Positions 1 to 13,200 of a stretch of DNA of 64,000 bases are shown here, piece after piece. The stretch is from Felis catus (lineage: Eukaryota). Within the stretch, counting starts at the first letter, position 1. Each line of letters starts with the position of its first letter. The stretch lies in contig NC_058383.1 of assembly GCF_018350175.1 (NCBI RefSeq), positions 3,472,001-3,536,000 of the forward strand, written 5' to 3'. The translations under genes were made by a program, and so were the position numbers. The notes under the pieces were generated by a model. It worked only from the letters and a program-made list of their open reading frames with translations, was not told the origin of the DNA and did not search any database.

Positions 1-495
1 TTTAGGCAAAGCACTTTGTGCGGGAGAGAGCGTCGATCAATCATTTCATGAGGGAGAAAGTGGCAGTGTTTCCACAAATTAGTTGCAACCCAGGAGCTAG
101 CTCCTGATTTAGAGCAGGGTATAATGAAAATACCAGCCTACGAAAATGGAAATATTGATGAAACGCATCCACGTTTTGACAAGAGTTGAAATCAGGCGCA
201 GCAGGCTGGCGGCCATCACTCTTCTCTCCGCCACCCACCCGGCTCGGGGGCTGAGGTCGCCAAACCCAGGCAGCCCTCTGGGTCTCCACGGGGGGGGGGG
301 GGGCGGGACGGCACTGTGGGCCCGGGGTGGGGGGGGTGCGCACTGGGCCGCAGAAGAAGGGGCCCGACTCCGAGTTGGGTTTGGGCAGGCTGCGCGTCCT
401 CCCGGCCCCCCGTGCTGTGGCGGATGTTCAGACACAGCGCATCTGGCGTGCCCTCGGCTCCCGGGAGGCCCGGCTAACTCTGTTCTTGCTCCTAG

Positions 496-687
496 GCTAC
501 CAGGTCTCCTGGGAGGTATACGGCAGGAACGGCTCCCGGCTCACCCACACCCTCAACAGCACGACTCACGAATACAAAATCCAAGGACTGTCCTCGCTCA
601 CCACCTACACCATCGACGTGGCTGCCGTCACCGCGGCGGGGGCCGGCCTGGCGACCTCGTCCACCATTTCTTCCGGAGTGCCGCCAG
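496..687 (+). CDS. SDK1: SDK1 internal exon (192 nt, phase 1-1): (G)YQVSWEVYGRNGSRLTHTLNSTTHEYKIQGLSSLTTYTIDVAAVTAAGAGLATSSTISSGVPP; second half of an FN3 repeat
   Basis: Acceptor tgttcttgctcctag|G, donor CCAG|gtcagt; FN3 L-x-x-x-T-x-Y motif; lies within ORF 327..695. Confidence 0.95.
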
Positions 688-3420
688 GTCAGTAGAGCCC
701 AGCTGCCGCTCGTCTGAGGACGTTGCCCTCAGAGAACGCCGACGCCCGGGGCTGAAGGCAGCTCCGTGTCCCGGCCGCCGGGGACCTTCAAGAGAGGGGT
801 GTCCGCTTCCTGCTGGCGGTGGGGTGGGAAGTGGGCCCTGTGGCCTGAGTCAGCCCCGTCCGCCAGCACCTGCTGTCGGGTGGCGGGGTGGGGGGGATCC
901 CGCCCCGGGGAGCGAGCTGGCCGCGGGGTGCGGCCCTCCAGGGAGACGGCAGTCGGGGCCTGCAGGGAAGACGGTGAGAGATGTGGGTGTGGAAACCGAG
1001 AACAGGAAGCATGAAACTTCATTCCCCGAACTACACAATGGAGACGGGTAGAGATAAGAAGAAGGAGTTGGAGGAGGTGGCAGGGGAGGAAAGATCTTGC
1101 AGACAGAGGGAGAGGCAGACGCGTCCCCAGGCGCCGGGGACTCAATTATCTTCCCGAACATGCAGCACGCTCGCTCCAGCCTTGGAGAATGGCACTCAAC
1201 TCTTTTCTCTCTAATCTTAAAGTTTCTGTTTAAAATACATGTTTTTCCTGGGAATTCACAAACACAAGTGAACGCGGGAAAGTGCTGTGGGCTCTCGGTT
1301 CGACTGTAATTCCAGCTGTCAGTCTCTGGCCACTCACAAGATGCCAGTTTGCCTCGTGTTGGCTGGTCTTCGAGGGTTAGGCCCTGAAGCCCCCTCTGAA
1401 GTCTGCACGTCCCCCCATCGTGCCCTCCGCCTCCCTCTGCCTCCCACTCCGTGTTCACACCCAGCCGCTTTCTTGGAAGGGGGACACACGCAATCTGGAA
1501 GGGACGCAAAGCAAATAAAATGGATAGAGTAAAAAAAGAAATCCGCCCAGGAAAGAGTGCATTCTCCTCACAGGGGCCACGTTCACGAGAGAGCTCGGCA
1601 GCCGCCACCCCCAGTTGGGTGCAATGAAGGAGGAGAGCACGGTGTCTCCTCTCCTCTGAGCAGCGCGACCTCGTAGTAGGATGCTCTCTAGAGGCCAGTG
1701 GCCACCCGCTCTGCCAGCTGGGCAGGTGTCCCCAAGCCAGTCTCTGTCCCCAGATACATGATCACCGCACCCTCTCTCCGAGGTGGCGGGTCGGCACGGC
1801 CACCCACAGCGCATCCCAGGGACTTTTGGGGCCTGCGGATGCGGGGCGGGACTGGAGGATTTGCCTCTGCAGCAGGTGCTCAGGTGGTCGGGGACCACGC
1901 TTCCAGGCAGTCCGGTGTCTGTTAAAGGCGTTTACAAAATGAGTTTGCTTTTTGAAAGAGAGCAGTCTTTGACTTCCAGAAAGATTCGTTTCTTTGCCAT
2001 CAACAGCCCGTTCCCACAGCACACGTTTAAGATACTGTTAACGCCCTAATAACCAGCGATGATGGCGGGACGCTGGATGTGTGAGAATTGTCTCACGCTC
2101 AGCGACGGACGGCGACTTGGGGAGCATCACCACATGTAACCAGGTCCCCCTGGGTCGGCTCGGGCACCTTACGGACCTCCGGAGGCACCACAGAGAGAGA
2201 ACTCGGGGGGAGAGGGCCCCGCTGTGCCAAGTTCACCTTGGTGAACTCACCTGCAGCTGGACATGGGTCCAGGGCCTGGAGATCTGTCTGGAAGCAAACT
2301 CACACCCACCATCACATCACGCTGGAGGACTGTGCTCCGCTTCCTGCACTTCAAGCTCACAGCCGTTAAATGTCTGGAGCACCACATAAAGAGTCCAGCG
2401 AGCTGAGAAATACAAAGACAAGAGTCACTTGTCCTTCGATTTAAACATTTCCTGCTTCAGAGTCATGAAACTAGACGCGGGAAGGACCCTTGAGGTCCTG
2501 AGGACCCTGCCTGTGCCAGTGCTGTCCTAACCACTCACGCGGCCTTACTGTCCCCATGCTCGTCCCGGTTTGCAGCCCCCTGCCCCCTCCCCCCCCCCCG
2601 GCGCAACATGTTCCTTGGACACGGCGCGGGCTGCCCACCACCTCTGCTGCCTGCACGGCGTCCTTGCCGGCTTCACCCCATCCCCCTATCCTCCCCGTTT
2701 GTGCTGCCAAGATAAGAGCCCATATTTCAGACTCACGGTATCCCGCTTCTGAGCGGGACCGGCTCTCTGGGGGAGCAGCCTGCCCGAGGGTCTCCACTCG
2801 GTGAGTAGGCCAAAGACCCATGTAACCTCCCAGGGTAGGCGTGTGTCCACCCCCACCCCCTGCCATTTCGTTGCCGGAGCAACTGAACTCAGGCAGAGTG
2901 GGGAGAGCCTTGCATTTTCACCCGAATGTGGTTGTCTTGGAAACCGGACCCGGGAGCCTAAGGCCCAGGACCCCGCGCACCTGGCAGTGATACACGGCAC
3001 CTGCTGCCCGCCCCGCTCCGCTTGCCCCGGCTTCACGGTCCTCACCAGAGAGACGGTGGGTGTTTGGTCTCTGTGCTCTTTCTGGGGCCAGGAAGAATGA
3101 CATCCGCTCACGCTTACTTCCCTCAGCCTGTAGCTGTTAATTACCGGCTGTGCACAGACACGAGGAAGTCCCACCTTCCGAGTTTATCGTCTGGGGCCGC
3201 GTGTGTCCTCGCCCCACTGCAGAGGCCGTGGGGCCTGACGGACGGCCCTAGGAAAGTAAGGATAGTGCTGGGGTCACGTCCCGGGGAAGCAGTGCCTCTC
3301 GCTTAGGGGTATTGAAAGCAAATCTGGGCGTCTTGAGACCGTGTCCTTGCTGACACATTTGATGCGTTTCCTAAGCTCTCAGAACCTCGCCTCTCCATGT
3401 TTTCTGTCCTTTCTGTCTAG

Positions 3421-3542
3421 AGCTCCCTGGTGCCCCATCCAACCTGGTCATTTCCAACATCAGCCCCCGCTCAGCCACACTTCAGTTCCGCCCCGGCTAC
3501 GACGGGAAGACGTCCATCTCCAGGTGGATCGTAGAGGGACAG
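3421..3542 (+). CDS. SDK1: SDK1 internal exon (122 nt, phase 1-0): (E)[40 protein letters not shown]
   Basis: Acceptor ctttctgtctag|AG, donor CAG|gtacgc; continues the frame of the previous exon; N-terminal half of an FN3 repeat. Confidence 0.95.
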
Positions 3543-5310
3543 GTACGCGCTCACGGAAGCGGACGGAGGGCTTTCTAGAGAGCCACACGGGGGCCTGCGT
3601 GTGGCGGTGGGAGACTCTGAAGAATGACCGGTCAGTAGCGCGGTGACCCTCGGGACAGCGGTTGGGGAGGTGGTCGTGTTTGCAGGACAAGAGACTGGAG
3701 ACGACAGGCTGCTGGGGGCAGGATGTGGACGGACATGGGAGATAGGGACGTGAGCCTGCGGGCCACAGAAGGAGTGATGGCTAGTGCTCACATTCAAGTT
3801 TTGGCTCCAAATAGGTACCCAATTGGATAGCATCCTTGATTTATTTCTTTTTAATTCCGTGTAACAATTAGCCACCAAATGTACGCGTGCGTGAATACGT
3901 GCCGTGAGGACAGCATGCTTGTCCCAGGCAGTAAAACGAAAAGGAGGGGTTTCTGTCTAGGGAGAAAGACGCTCAGGCTGCTGGGAAAGGAACGTGCACA
4001 TCGCAGTGGAGGACCCAGCAGGGAGGCCTGAGGGCAGGTCCCACGGGGTCCCGGAGACGGGGGTAGTGCCACACGGGCCACGGTTCCATGTCCCAGCAAG
4101 AACAGGAGGTAAAAAGCTAAAGAGACAAGTGATGGGAACAGCAACGTCTCTGGACCGTTCTTGTCTGCAGGAACGTCCCAGCGACACTCATAGCTGTGCT
4201 TCTGCCCTCTTGCGAGATAAGTCACTCCTGCAAATTGGCTGTCGATCAGGGAACAGATTCTATTCAGATCCTCAAAGCTTTCACTAAGCAACTATTTCCA
4301 AAAACCTCTGCAGGATTCTGGAAGCCCAAACCTGCTCGTTGGGACTCATCGATAAATGAGACCACAACAATTATTTCCTTAGGAAATAAAGTCCCCCCCC
4401 CCACATCAAGTTGAAAATAGCAGGTCCCCAGTGAATGGGAATCAAGATGATGAAAGCGAACTTTAAAATACGCAGAAGAAATTATGGGAGAAAATCACTC
4501 TATCTCATGAAAACCAATTCTAGGTCTCAAGGTCCCTCAGAAATAGCTGGGCAAGGCCTGCGGGAGCACGTGGTGCCCTCTGTATCACTGCCCACGGGAG
4601 GGCTGCACCCCGGGGACGCCACGGATGCAGGTCTCCCAGCTTTAGGCCTGCGCGTGAGGCTCGGCGGGGCCACAGGGATGTGGTGGCTCACCGGACGGAG
4701 GCTTCGCTTCATGCCTCTGGGGCCAGCGGGGATCGCAGTGCTCTGTCCATATTCTGTCTACCAGAATTCAGTCGCATGGCTCCAGTTTAACGTGAGGGGG
4801 TCTGGGACGGCTCTCAGTGTGCCCGAGAGGAGGAAACGACGTGGTGGACACAGAGCAGTTTCTCTGCCACAGGACATTTGCTCAGTACTGCTGTCCCACG
4901 ACCACATCTTTAATTTTAACATAAAAAATTTTAAACATACCGGAGAGGAAAGACGGTAACACAGTGAACTCCCATATACCCATGACCTAGACTCATCTGT
5001 TCTATTACCTAGATTCATCTAGTCCCCCTCTTTATTGTTGCTGAGCTGTTTTTTTTTAATGCTTTTATGTCATAAAATGCAGCTATGAAAAATAATGGTA
5101 AAGATTACGTTTGTTGACTTACTGACATAGAAAGGTGTTCCCGTACATATTATTTAATGCAAACAAGCAGATCAAAGGTAGTAGGAGTTGTATTATGTGA
5201 AGTCATTTATGCAGAATTATGTGGTCACGTTTGTGTATGGAATGGTAATGTTAGCAGCTAATCTGGTTAGGCAGTTTGACTTTATATACCCATAGATACA
5301 CATATACATA

Positions 5311-5313
<3 letters not shown>

Positions 5314-5362
<49 letters not shown>
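5314..5362. repeat. (CA)~24 microsatellite
   Basis: Perfect dinucleotide run seen directly. Confidence 0.98.
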
Positions 5363-5365
<3 letters not shown>

Positions 5366-5546
5366 CTATCCATTATCATCACCCCCCACCCAGTTTCATT
5401 GGGATGTAATTAGCATGTGTCACTGTCTGAGTTTAAGGTGTACAATGTGCTGATTTGATTCAGCCACAGCGTTTTAAAGCAAGCTCAGACCACACACCGT
5501 TTCCCCGCCAGATTTCTAGCACATGTCTCTAAAGTGTAGGTGCGTT

Positions 5547-5770
5547 GGGGCGCCTGGGTGGTGCAGTCAGTTAAGCGTCCGACTTCAGCCAGGTCACGAT
5601 CTCGCAGTCCGTGAGTTCGAGCCCCGCGTCAGGCTCTGGGCTGATGGCTCGGAGCCTGGAGCCTGTTTCTGATTCTGTGTCTCCCTCTCTCTCTGCCCCT
5701 CCCCCATTCATGCTCTGTCTCTCTCTGTCCCAAAAGTAAATAAAAAAAAAAAACGTTGAAAAAAAAAATT
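5547..5770 (+). mobile_element. Young feline Can-SINE (SINEC_Fc type), full length
   Basis: GGGGCGCCTGGGTGG head, tRNA-like B box GAGTTCGAGCC, (CT)n, A tail; TSD TAAAGTGTAGGTGC at 5530-5543 and 5771-5784. Confidence 0.95.
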
Positions 5771-6118
5771 TAAAGTGTAGGTGCATCTAACTATTATGTG
5801 GATGAATTTCATGAACATGATGTTGAGCAAAGGAAGCCAGACTTGTGTTTCGAGTATATACTGTTTGATTCCACATATGTAAAGTTCCAGAACAAGAAAA
5901 AGTACTTTTTGGGATTGGAATCCTGGCTCCCCTTGGAGTCTTACAGTTCCATTGGGGGACGGCAGGGCTGGAGCCCCCATAATGCTGCTGGTGTTGCTCG
6001 GTCTGGAGTTGGGCTCCATACGTGTGTTCATCTTGTGTGTGCGCCCGTGCTTGGTGCACTTGTGTGCGTGTCTGTATTTCCTTTGATAAAAACTTTACAT
6101 TAAAATGTGGATACTTGT

Positions 6119-6371
6119 GGGGCGCCTGGGTGGCTCAGTCAGTTAAGCATCCGATTCTTGATTTTTGGCTCAGGTCATGATCTCACGGTCATGAGATCGA
6201 GCCCCACATTGGGCTCTTTGCTGACAGCATGGAGCCTGCTTGGGATTCTCTCTCTCCCTCTGTCTCTGCCAGGAGCTCTTGCAAGCTTATTCGCGCTCTC
6301 TCTCTCTCGCTCTCTCTCTCTCAAAATAAATAAATAAACTTAGAAAAATAAAGCCTTTAAAAAAATAAAAG
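6119..6371 (+). mobile_element. Older Can-SINE
   Basis: GGGGCGCCTGGGTGGCTCAGTCAGTTAAGC head, CT tract, AATAAA tail; degenerate TSD taaaat(g/a)t(g/a)gatactt at 6101 and 6372. Confidence 0.92.
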
Positions 6372-6574
6372 TAAAATATAGATACTTTCAGTATTATAAT
6401 TCAGTTATCACACCTGATAAGGTTAATTAAAAATTCCTTATTATCATCTAATAATCAGTCCACGTTCAAATTTCCCAAGAATATCTTTTTACTATGGTTT
6501 TGATGAAAAACAAGATCCACACAGACTTGACAGTATGCATTTGGTTGTCATGACTCTTAAATTGTTTAAAGAAA

Positions 6575-6980
6575 TTTCTTAACAGTTTTATCAGGGTTTA
6601 ATTGGCATACAATAAACTGGATATTTCTAGACCGTACCGTTTGGTAAGTTTTGACTTAGCTGTACGTATTCTTCTGAATACGAAACCCTCACCATGGTCA
6701 AGTTGATGAGCAAACCCATGACCCCTAGAAGTTTCCGTGTGCCCTTTATGACCCCCGGCACTCTTCCCCCTCCCCTCTGCACATCCCCAGCAAGGGTGAG
6801 TCTGCCTTCTGTCTCTGCAGGTTTGGACCCTTCATCTAGAGCCCTCCTGTGGTACCATGCCAGTGCCTCGTGGACGAGTCCCAGGCAGCTGTCGCCTGGG
6901 TGTCTCACGCTGGAGGGACACGCTTCACCTCCCTGTGCTATCACTTGTTCCTTGGCCCCATGTCTCCTGCACACTGGAAG
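6575..6980 (-). mobile_element. L1 (L1MB/MC-like) 3' end fragment
   Basis: aattggcatacaataaactg...gtaagttttgac...ctagaagtttccgtgtgccctt is typical of an antisense L1 3' terminus. Confidence 0.65.
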
Positions 6981-6999
6981 TTCACCCCAAAACCCTGGC

Positions 7000-7399
7000 C
7001 AGCGTATCCTCGGGGATGTATTCCAACACTCCCAATGGACCCCTGGAACCGGGGCAGTGCCAACCCCTGTATATGTTGTGTTTTTCCCTAGATGTACATA
7101 CTTACAATGAAGTCTGATTTGTAAATTAGGTGCAGTCAGACACGAACAACATTAACAGTAAAATTGAACAATTATAACAGGAAGGAAAAGTCATGTGAAT
7201 GTGGACTGTCTCCCAAAACACTTGACCGCACCAACCCACCTTCCCCCCCCGCCCCCGCCACTCTGGGTGGTCACGGGAGGTGTAAGATGCCCCAGGACCG
7301 GATGGAAGCAGGAATGACGGTGTCTGTGACGTGTGTCAGTCAGGGGGAGGGTCACCCGCCTCTGGACCAGGCGAAACCGTGGACGAGGGCAGACTGCTG
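7000..7399. mobile_element. TcMar-Tigger non-autonomous DNA transposon (Tigger2a/MER8-like)
   Basis: tatcctcggggatgtattccaa...gtaaattaggtgcagt...gaacaattataaca...gcgaaaccgtggacgagggcagactgctg resembles Tigger2 ends. Confidence 0.7.
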
Positions 7400-7739
7400 T
7401 GGATTCCCCCTTGTGCGGCCGGTCACCTCACATGGCAGCCGGGACACACAGTGGCCCCCGTCCCGCCCTCGGGGACACCAGACTGACGGGCAGCCTGTCC
7501 CTGTGCTTGTGCGTCCCTGTCAGCCTCCTAGTTAGCAGTCTCAGCCATCGAGGGCCTGCCCTGAAATCAGTATTCCATTAAGATCTTTAACGGTTTTCTC
7601 TCATCTGAAAAGAAGCACGTCCCTTGTCCGTCCCTCGGGCAGGTCTGTCACCCTGAATGCAGGATAAGTGCCTAGTCCTCTTCCTGAACCCAGTCTCAGT
7701 AAGGGACTGGTCCCCCGCTTACTCCCAGTGTGAAACACA

Positions 7740-7965
7740 TCTTTCTCCCTCGTCCCTCCTTTCCTCTTCCCCCTCCCCCTCGCTCCTCCCGTCTTCCCTC
7801 TTTCCTCCTCCCTTCCTCCTCCCTCCCTCCCCCCTCCTTTCTCCTCCCTCTCTACTCCCCCTCCCCTCTTTCCCACTCCTCCTCCCTCCTTCCCTCCACG
7901 CTCCTTCCTCCTCCCTCCCCTTTCCTCCCTCCTTCCCTTCCTCCCTTCCTTCCTTCCTTCCCCCT
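7740..7965. repeat. Polypyrimidine (CCT/CCTT-type) low-complexity tract
   Basis: Almost exclusively C/T on the + strand. Confidence 0.95.
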
Positions 7966-9094
7966 GCTGTCACTTTTCCTGAATTATCAATATGAAAGCA
8001 TAATTTTTAAAACTGTATTCCGTGCGCTTTCAGTCGCCTTCAGCCCTTATTCTTCTTGAACCTAAACTTGACGCATCTTGGCCAGTGGGCAGCCCTTCCT
8101 GTTCTGAGCTTCCTCACCTGGAGATCCCAGTCCTTGATGGTATTGTACAGCAGGATGTCCCGGGATCGTCCTGTGCCTTCCTGCCGCACAGCTCCAGCTC
8201 GGGTGGAGTCATCCCTACCTGGTTTCCTTTAGGGTCAGGTGGCGTTTATAGACGAGAGTCTGGGCACCGAGGGTGGGAGAGGGGTGCTCATTGCCTCCAG
8301 CTGGGCATTCTGGGTCTTTTCAGGGTACAGAGAAAGGAAGCATTATGAGTTCATACTGGTATTTCCACTTCAAATGTAAGATTACTTTAACTTTGAATTT
8401 ACACTTGAAATAGCTTTACTATAAAATTGTTTTTAGAAAAATTAGCATCATTACTTACTTGCTTTATCCTACTATTGTATAAAGAGTTTCAAAAATAGAA
8501 TTTCAACGGTATGACTCGCAATAAGAGTCCCGAATGCAGTTGAAGTATTTGTCCTTGGACTGGATTATGCTACAACAGATTACAGTCAAAATCCTGAATT
8601 CTAAGTTATTTTCTCTGTTTGGTCGAGTCATCAACTTAATACAAAACTAGGTTCACTCATTTCAAGGTCTGGTTTGGCTTTGTTCTTTTTGCTTCAATAT
8701 TTTCTTTAAATTTTCTTTAAAAATCATTTTCTAAAAAATCTGCTAACACACTAAGTTCGATTTTATTTTTGAACGTGTAACTCATTTGCAAGAGCTCAGA
8801 GTCAAAACCATAAAAAAGGTATATTCGGAGAAATTTACGTTCCTCTTTCTGTCCCCCCAAAACCCCATATTAGGTTTCGGTTTATCCTTTTCTGTTTTCC
8901 GCAACATAAGCAGCTACACGCGTTTTGCCCCACCCTCTTACTCCAAACGCAGCAGGCTGCACGCTGCTCTGTCCCCCTAAGAGCAGGTCCAGGAGGCCGC
9001 GTGCACCGTCGGGCCTTGGCGCAGACGCAGCTGTCCCCGGTGCCGGTGTGCCAGCGCTGGCTGACTCCGCCGGCGGGGCCCTCCCTTTTCTGCC

Positions 9095-9632
9095 CTAAGC
9101 GATGACCAAAACCCACGCACTCTGTCACGGTTCCGTGGGCCAGAGGTCCAGTGTGGGTTTCCTGTGCTAAAATCAGCATGTCGGCAAGGCTCCGTCCCTG
9201 TCCAGAGGCTCCAGAGGAGGATCCGTGTCCTTCCGGTTCAGGGGTTTTCAGAGTCCACCTCCTCGTGGTCCTAGAACCCAGCTGACCGTCACCACCCCCG
9301 GCTTCCAGCGGCCACCGTGTTCCTGGGCCCGAGGCCCCCCTTCCTGCACCTTCCCAGCCAACCGTGACCGGTCCAGGCTCTCTCGTTCCTCGACTCCTCC
9401 TCCTCCTCCTCCCATCTCCTGACTGTGACCACCCTCCTGTCCCCCTCTGCCACTTGTAAGTACTCGGGTGAATAGACTAGACCCATTCAGATAATCCAGG
9501 ATAATCTCCCTATTTCAAGGTTCTTAACCTTAATCACATCCGAAGAGTCCCTTTCGCCCGGTCAGGTAACATACGCACAGGTCCCAGGAATGACGGTGTG
9601 GGATTCCCCGGGGTGGGGGTGTTATTCTGCAC
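9095..9632 (-). mobile_element. ERVL-MaLR solo LTR (MLT1D/E-like)
   Basis: gataatccaggataatctccctatttcaagg...taatcacatc...ggtaacatacgcacaggtcccagg...ttattctgc MLT1 signature. Confidence 0.8.
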
Positions 9633-9949
9633 TAAGGTGGTCTTCAGCCTTTTGCACAATCATCTTGAATTTGGGGGGTGGATTCCTGGGAGCAGACTTA
9701 CTACATCAGACAGTGACTGTCTGTGTAAATTTTCTGGACATTAGCAAATTGCCACATTTTGTTGGGACAGTTTGTACTCCCGTCAGCTGTGTATATAAAT
9801 TTTCGCCATGCCAAAAAAAAAAAAAAAAGAAAGAAAAGAAAAAACCGCGTCTAATTTATCAATCATTTTTTGCATGCTTTTGCGTTGCCCGTCAGAGAAG
9901 GGTCTTCCCCACCCTCTGGTGATAAAGGAACTCACCTCACTTTCTGCCG

Positions 9950-11340
9950 CCACTGTCCGACTTGCTTTTTCGCGTTTAGCTCCCCAAGCGCTTGGAATTT
10001 GTCCTTATGTGTGGAGTGAGGTATGAATCCATTTTTATAATTTTGCAAATAACTCTGTGATTATCTCAAAGCCGTTTAATAAAAAGTTCCTGTGATTTTT
10101 TTTTTCCTCCTCCTGATTTGTAATATTAAATTCCCATATGCGCTTGGGTTCATTTCTGAACTTTTTATTCTCTTAGTCTGGCTACTCATGCAGTAATCCC
10201 ACATTCTTTAATTATAGAGGCTTTAAAATGCATTTTCGTATCTGATAAGGTCTTCCTGACCCCCGCCACTGCACACGCACCACTTGACTTATTTCGGATC
10301 TTTCTGGCTACTCTTGTCGATGGTGAGTCCTCCGTCCAGGAGCATGATACGTCTTCCCATTTGTTTAAATCTCCTTTTCTCGGCTGTGTTCTCCTTGGCA
10401 AAAGCCCTGGGCTCTCTATTCCTACCTTCGCTCTGCTCTGAAAAAGGCAGGAAAATCAAGGGCAGTGAGTGCACCTGAAAACAGCGGTGGAAAGAGTATA
10501 GGCTTTGCATCAGGCAGACCTGACGCCCCCCTTTTCCTCACCCTCTCTCCCTGCTCTGTGATCCTGGACGTATTTCTTAAGTTCTTTGTGAGCCTTAATC
10601 TCATCTGTGAAATGAGGACAGTAGTACTATTCACAAGATCGCCCTGAAGATTAATTAATGTGTGTGTAATTTTAATTACATTTTTTGACATTCTGCTGGC
10701 CTGTAGAATCACAATTGATTTTTGAATATTTTTCTTCTTTTAATGACTGGCTCTAAGCCGCCAGTTTGCCTTATGGCCAGAAACTTTTGAGAATTCTCTT
10801 CTTACTTTATTAATTCTATTCCAGTTTTCTACAGAGAAGTCCTATCATCTGTTCAAAGCGACAGCTTTGTTTCTTCTTTAGAAATCTTTATCTCCTTCAT
10901 TTCTCTTTTTTTTTGTTTCTTTTAATGTACTTAATCTATTGTCTTGATGGGGGGGGAGGGGAGCTCCTCCCGTAGTGTATTGAATTGGAGCAGTGATAGA
11001 ACAACGTTTATATTATTACTACCTTTCAAGAAATTCTGTTAAGGTGTTATCAACTACGACGTGAAAACATTTATGGTTGGTCAGTCATCCCTTTTTATAG
11101 CTAGCTGTATTGCATTGAGACCGTTCTGTTCTAAACCTGGTTTGCTAGGAGTTGTTTCCTGGTACTTTAGGATTTTAAAAAAATCATTAAGAAGTTTATT
11201 TTTATCAAAATCTTATTTTGCGTCTGTTGAGTCATTTGTGGTTTTTTCTCTGTCGTCTGTTGGTAACAATGTGTGCTGATAGTCTAATGGTCAACCATCC
11301 CAGCGTTGGGATAAACACGACTTGATCACGGTGGCTCTTC
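9950..11340 (-). mobile_element. Degraded L1 ORF2-region fragment (L1ME-like) containing a MIR at ~10480-10660
   Basis: T-rich antisense L1 motifs (ttgatttttgaatatt; tgggataaacacgacttgatcacggtg); MIR core ctcatctgtgaaatgaggacagta. Confidence 0.6.
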
Positions 11341-12019
11341 CGTTTGGTTTAGTCCGGAGCCAGGATTTTTTGTATTCTTGTTCTTAAGTGAACCTGGCCC
11401 TTTTCTGGTGGTTGGTTTGGCTTTTAAGATCAATAGTTTATTTTCTCCACAGTTTTCACAAAGACTGGATTGCCCTTCAGGGATGTGAGAGGCAGGGCTG
11501 CTGACTCTGAACTTGGGCGTAGACCAGAGCCTCAGGGGCGTCTTGCCAAGACCCTCTTGGTTTCCCAGTCCTGGCTGAGCCTTAGCGAGTGGAGTGTGGG
11601 GCGGGGAGGGGATTGCTGTGTGGGTGATAACTTCCCGGGTGGAGAGGTGGATTAAAAACTACAGGGACCGCAGGGACCCTGGGCGCTGGGCTCCAAAGGG
11701 GACGCAGTGATCCGTCCTCTCCATGTCTCCTCCCAGGGCAGCATGGTCTGGGCAGGCTCTGTGCCTTTCCGCAGGGGCCGTGCTCCCCCAGGTCGGTCTG
11801 AGAGCATCCCATGTGGCGAAGGCGGACTCCCCGGGTGTGCGCCCTGCACTGCTGTGCTCCTCGCTGGCTCGGTTTGTAGCTGTCGGTTAAAAGCTTTAGC
11901 TGGAGTTCGAGATTTCCCTGAAGTTCATGTTTGCCATTGGCCTCGAAAGTATTGCAGCACTACTAAAAAATTGTAAGAGCACCACAGAGCGCTCCCTTCA
12001 CTCGGAGACCCCATACAAG

Positions 12020-13200
12020 TTCAGTCCGTTGTCCCAACATGTCCTCGGTGGGAAAGGATCCAGCCCAGGATGACACTCTGCCCCCGGCTGTCACACAGTC
12101 TCCAGTCTCCCTCAACCTGTGTTAGTTCCTCAGCCAGTCCTTGATGTTCATGACCTTAGGAGTGTCAAAGGTTACAGGCCATTCATTTCCTACAATACCC
12201 CTCAATTCGAGTTTGTAAATTTCTTTAGGATTAGAATCAGGTTATCCGTTTTTGGTCAGATAGTCGCAGAAGTGGTGCTGGGTTCTTCCCACTGCGTCCT
12301 GTTGGGTTTAACAAGACATTGATAGGCCCCATGACTGGTGGAGTTAATTTAGCTCACACGATTAAAATGGGGTCTGCCGGCTTTCTCCACGGTAGAGCCG
12401 CTTTCCTCCTCTTCACAGTGAGTAAGTGTTCTGTGTGGAGGTATTTAGAGATTCTGTGAAAATCTCATTCCCCTTCCTGCTCATACCCACCGGTTTTGTC
12501 ATCCACTGAAATTTCTTGCCTGAATTAATTAGTACAATGAGGGCACCAAATAGTGACTTTTCTAATTCAGTAATTTCTTCTCCATTTATTGATTGGACTT
12601 TTTACTGTAGGAGACAGTTTTTCTCTCCTCATTTATGTATTCATTCAGTTGCTTACATCAGAATGGATTCGTGGATTCCTACTTTACTTAACAGATTGTA
12701 ATCTGCTGTCATTGCTAACGTTGGTCGGTGCCCCGGCTCTCCCGCGCCGGCGGGGGGAGGCCCTCCCCCCTGGTTTTCATGTTCTCCCCATAAGCCCCCG
12801 CCGCTCGAAGTACACCCTTGCTTTTTGGCAAAACTAGGTGTTCTAGGTTCATCGTACTATTTCCTCTTTGTTTTCAGCCCTTTCTCCAAGGAACCTTGGG
12901 GCCTTTCAGTGGAGAGTGGTATTTAGAAACCAAGATCTGGGCACCACGTGGGCTCACTGCCACTGGGTATCACTGTGTCCAGGCCTCCTCAGTGCCCAGA
13001 GCTAGGAAATGCACATGCTCAGGTGCACACACACCTACACCTCAGTCTATTTCTGCGTCTGTCTGTATATGCCGAAAATCACTAGTTCCCACCAGCACCT
13101 CCAAATACAGTTTAGAGCCCCCTGTGTATTCAGGCCGCCCCTTTCCACATTGACACTAGCCCTTCTTTGGCTCCCACTGACTTCAGTTATTTACTCATTT
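12020..13200 (-). mobile_element. L1MC/MD-like 3' UTR fragment
   Basis: ttcatgacctt...gtctgccggctttctccac...tttctccaaggaaccttggggcctttcagtggagagtggtatttagaaaccaagatctggg. Confidence 0.65.

Larger units (their letters stand above)
4910..8850 (-). mobile_element. Fragmented ancient L1 3' UTR (L1MC-like), interrupted by younger L1 pieces, two SINEs, a Tigger and simple repeats
   Basis: Recognisable L1MC-type motifs at ~4910-5030, 5470-5530, 6390-6560 and 8020-8400; subfamily and limits are approximate. Confidence 0.55.

Noticed and set aside
146..1051. 301-aa ORF overlapping the first exon
   Set aside because: Alternative frame over GC-rich, stop-poor sequence with no recognisable domain; the FN3 frame is the real one.
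5547..5640. tRNA-like A/B boxes here and in the other SINE heads
   Set aside because: They are tRNA-derived Can-SINE heads followed by CT tracts, A tails and TSDs, not tRNA genes.
7601..8059. G/R/E-rich and P/S/L-rich ORFs; possible long-range pairing with the 32941 purine tract
   Set aside because: Low-complexity artefacts. Pairing over 25 kb is unsupported, and skipping the enclosed 499 nt of exons would shift the frame.
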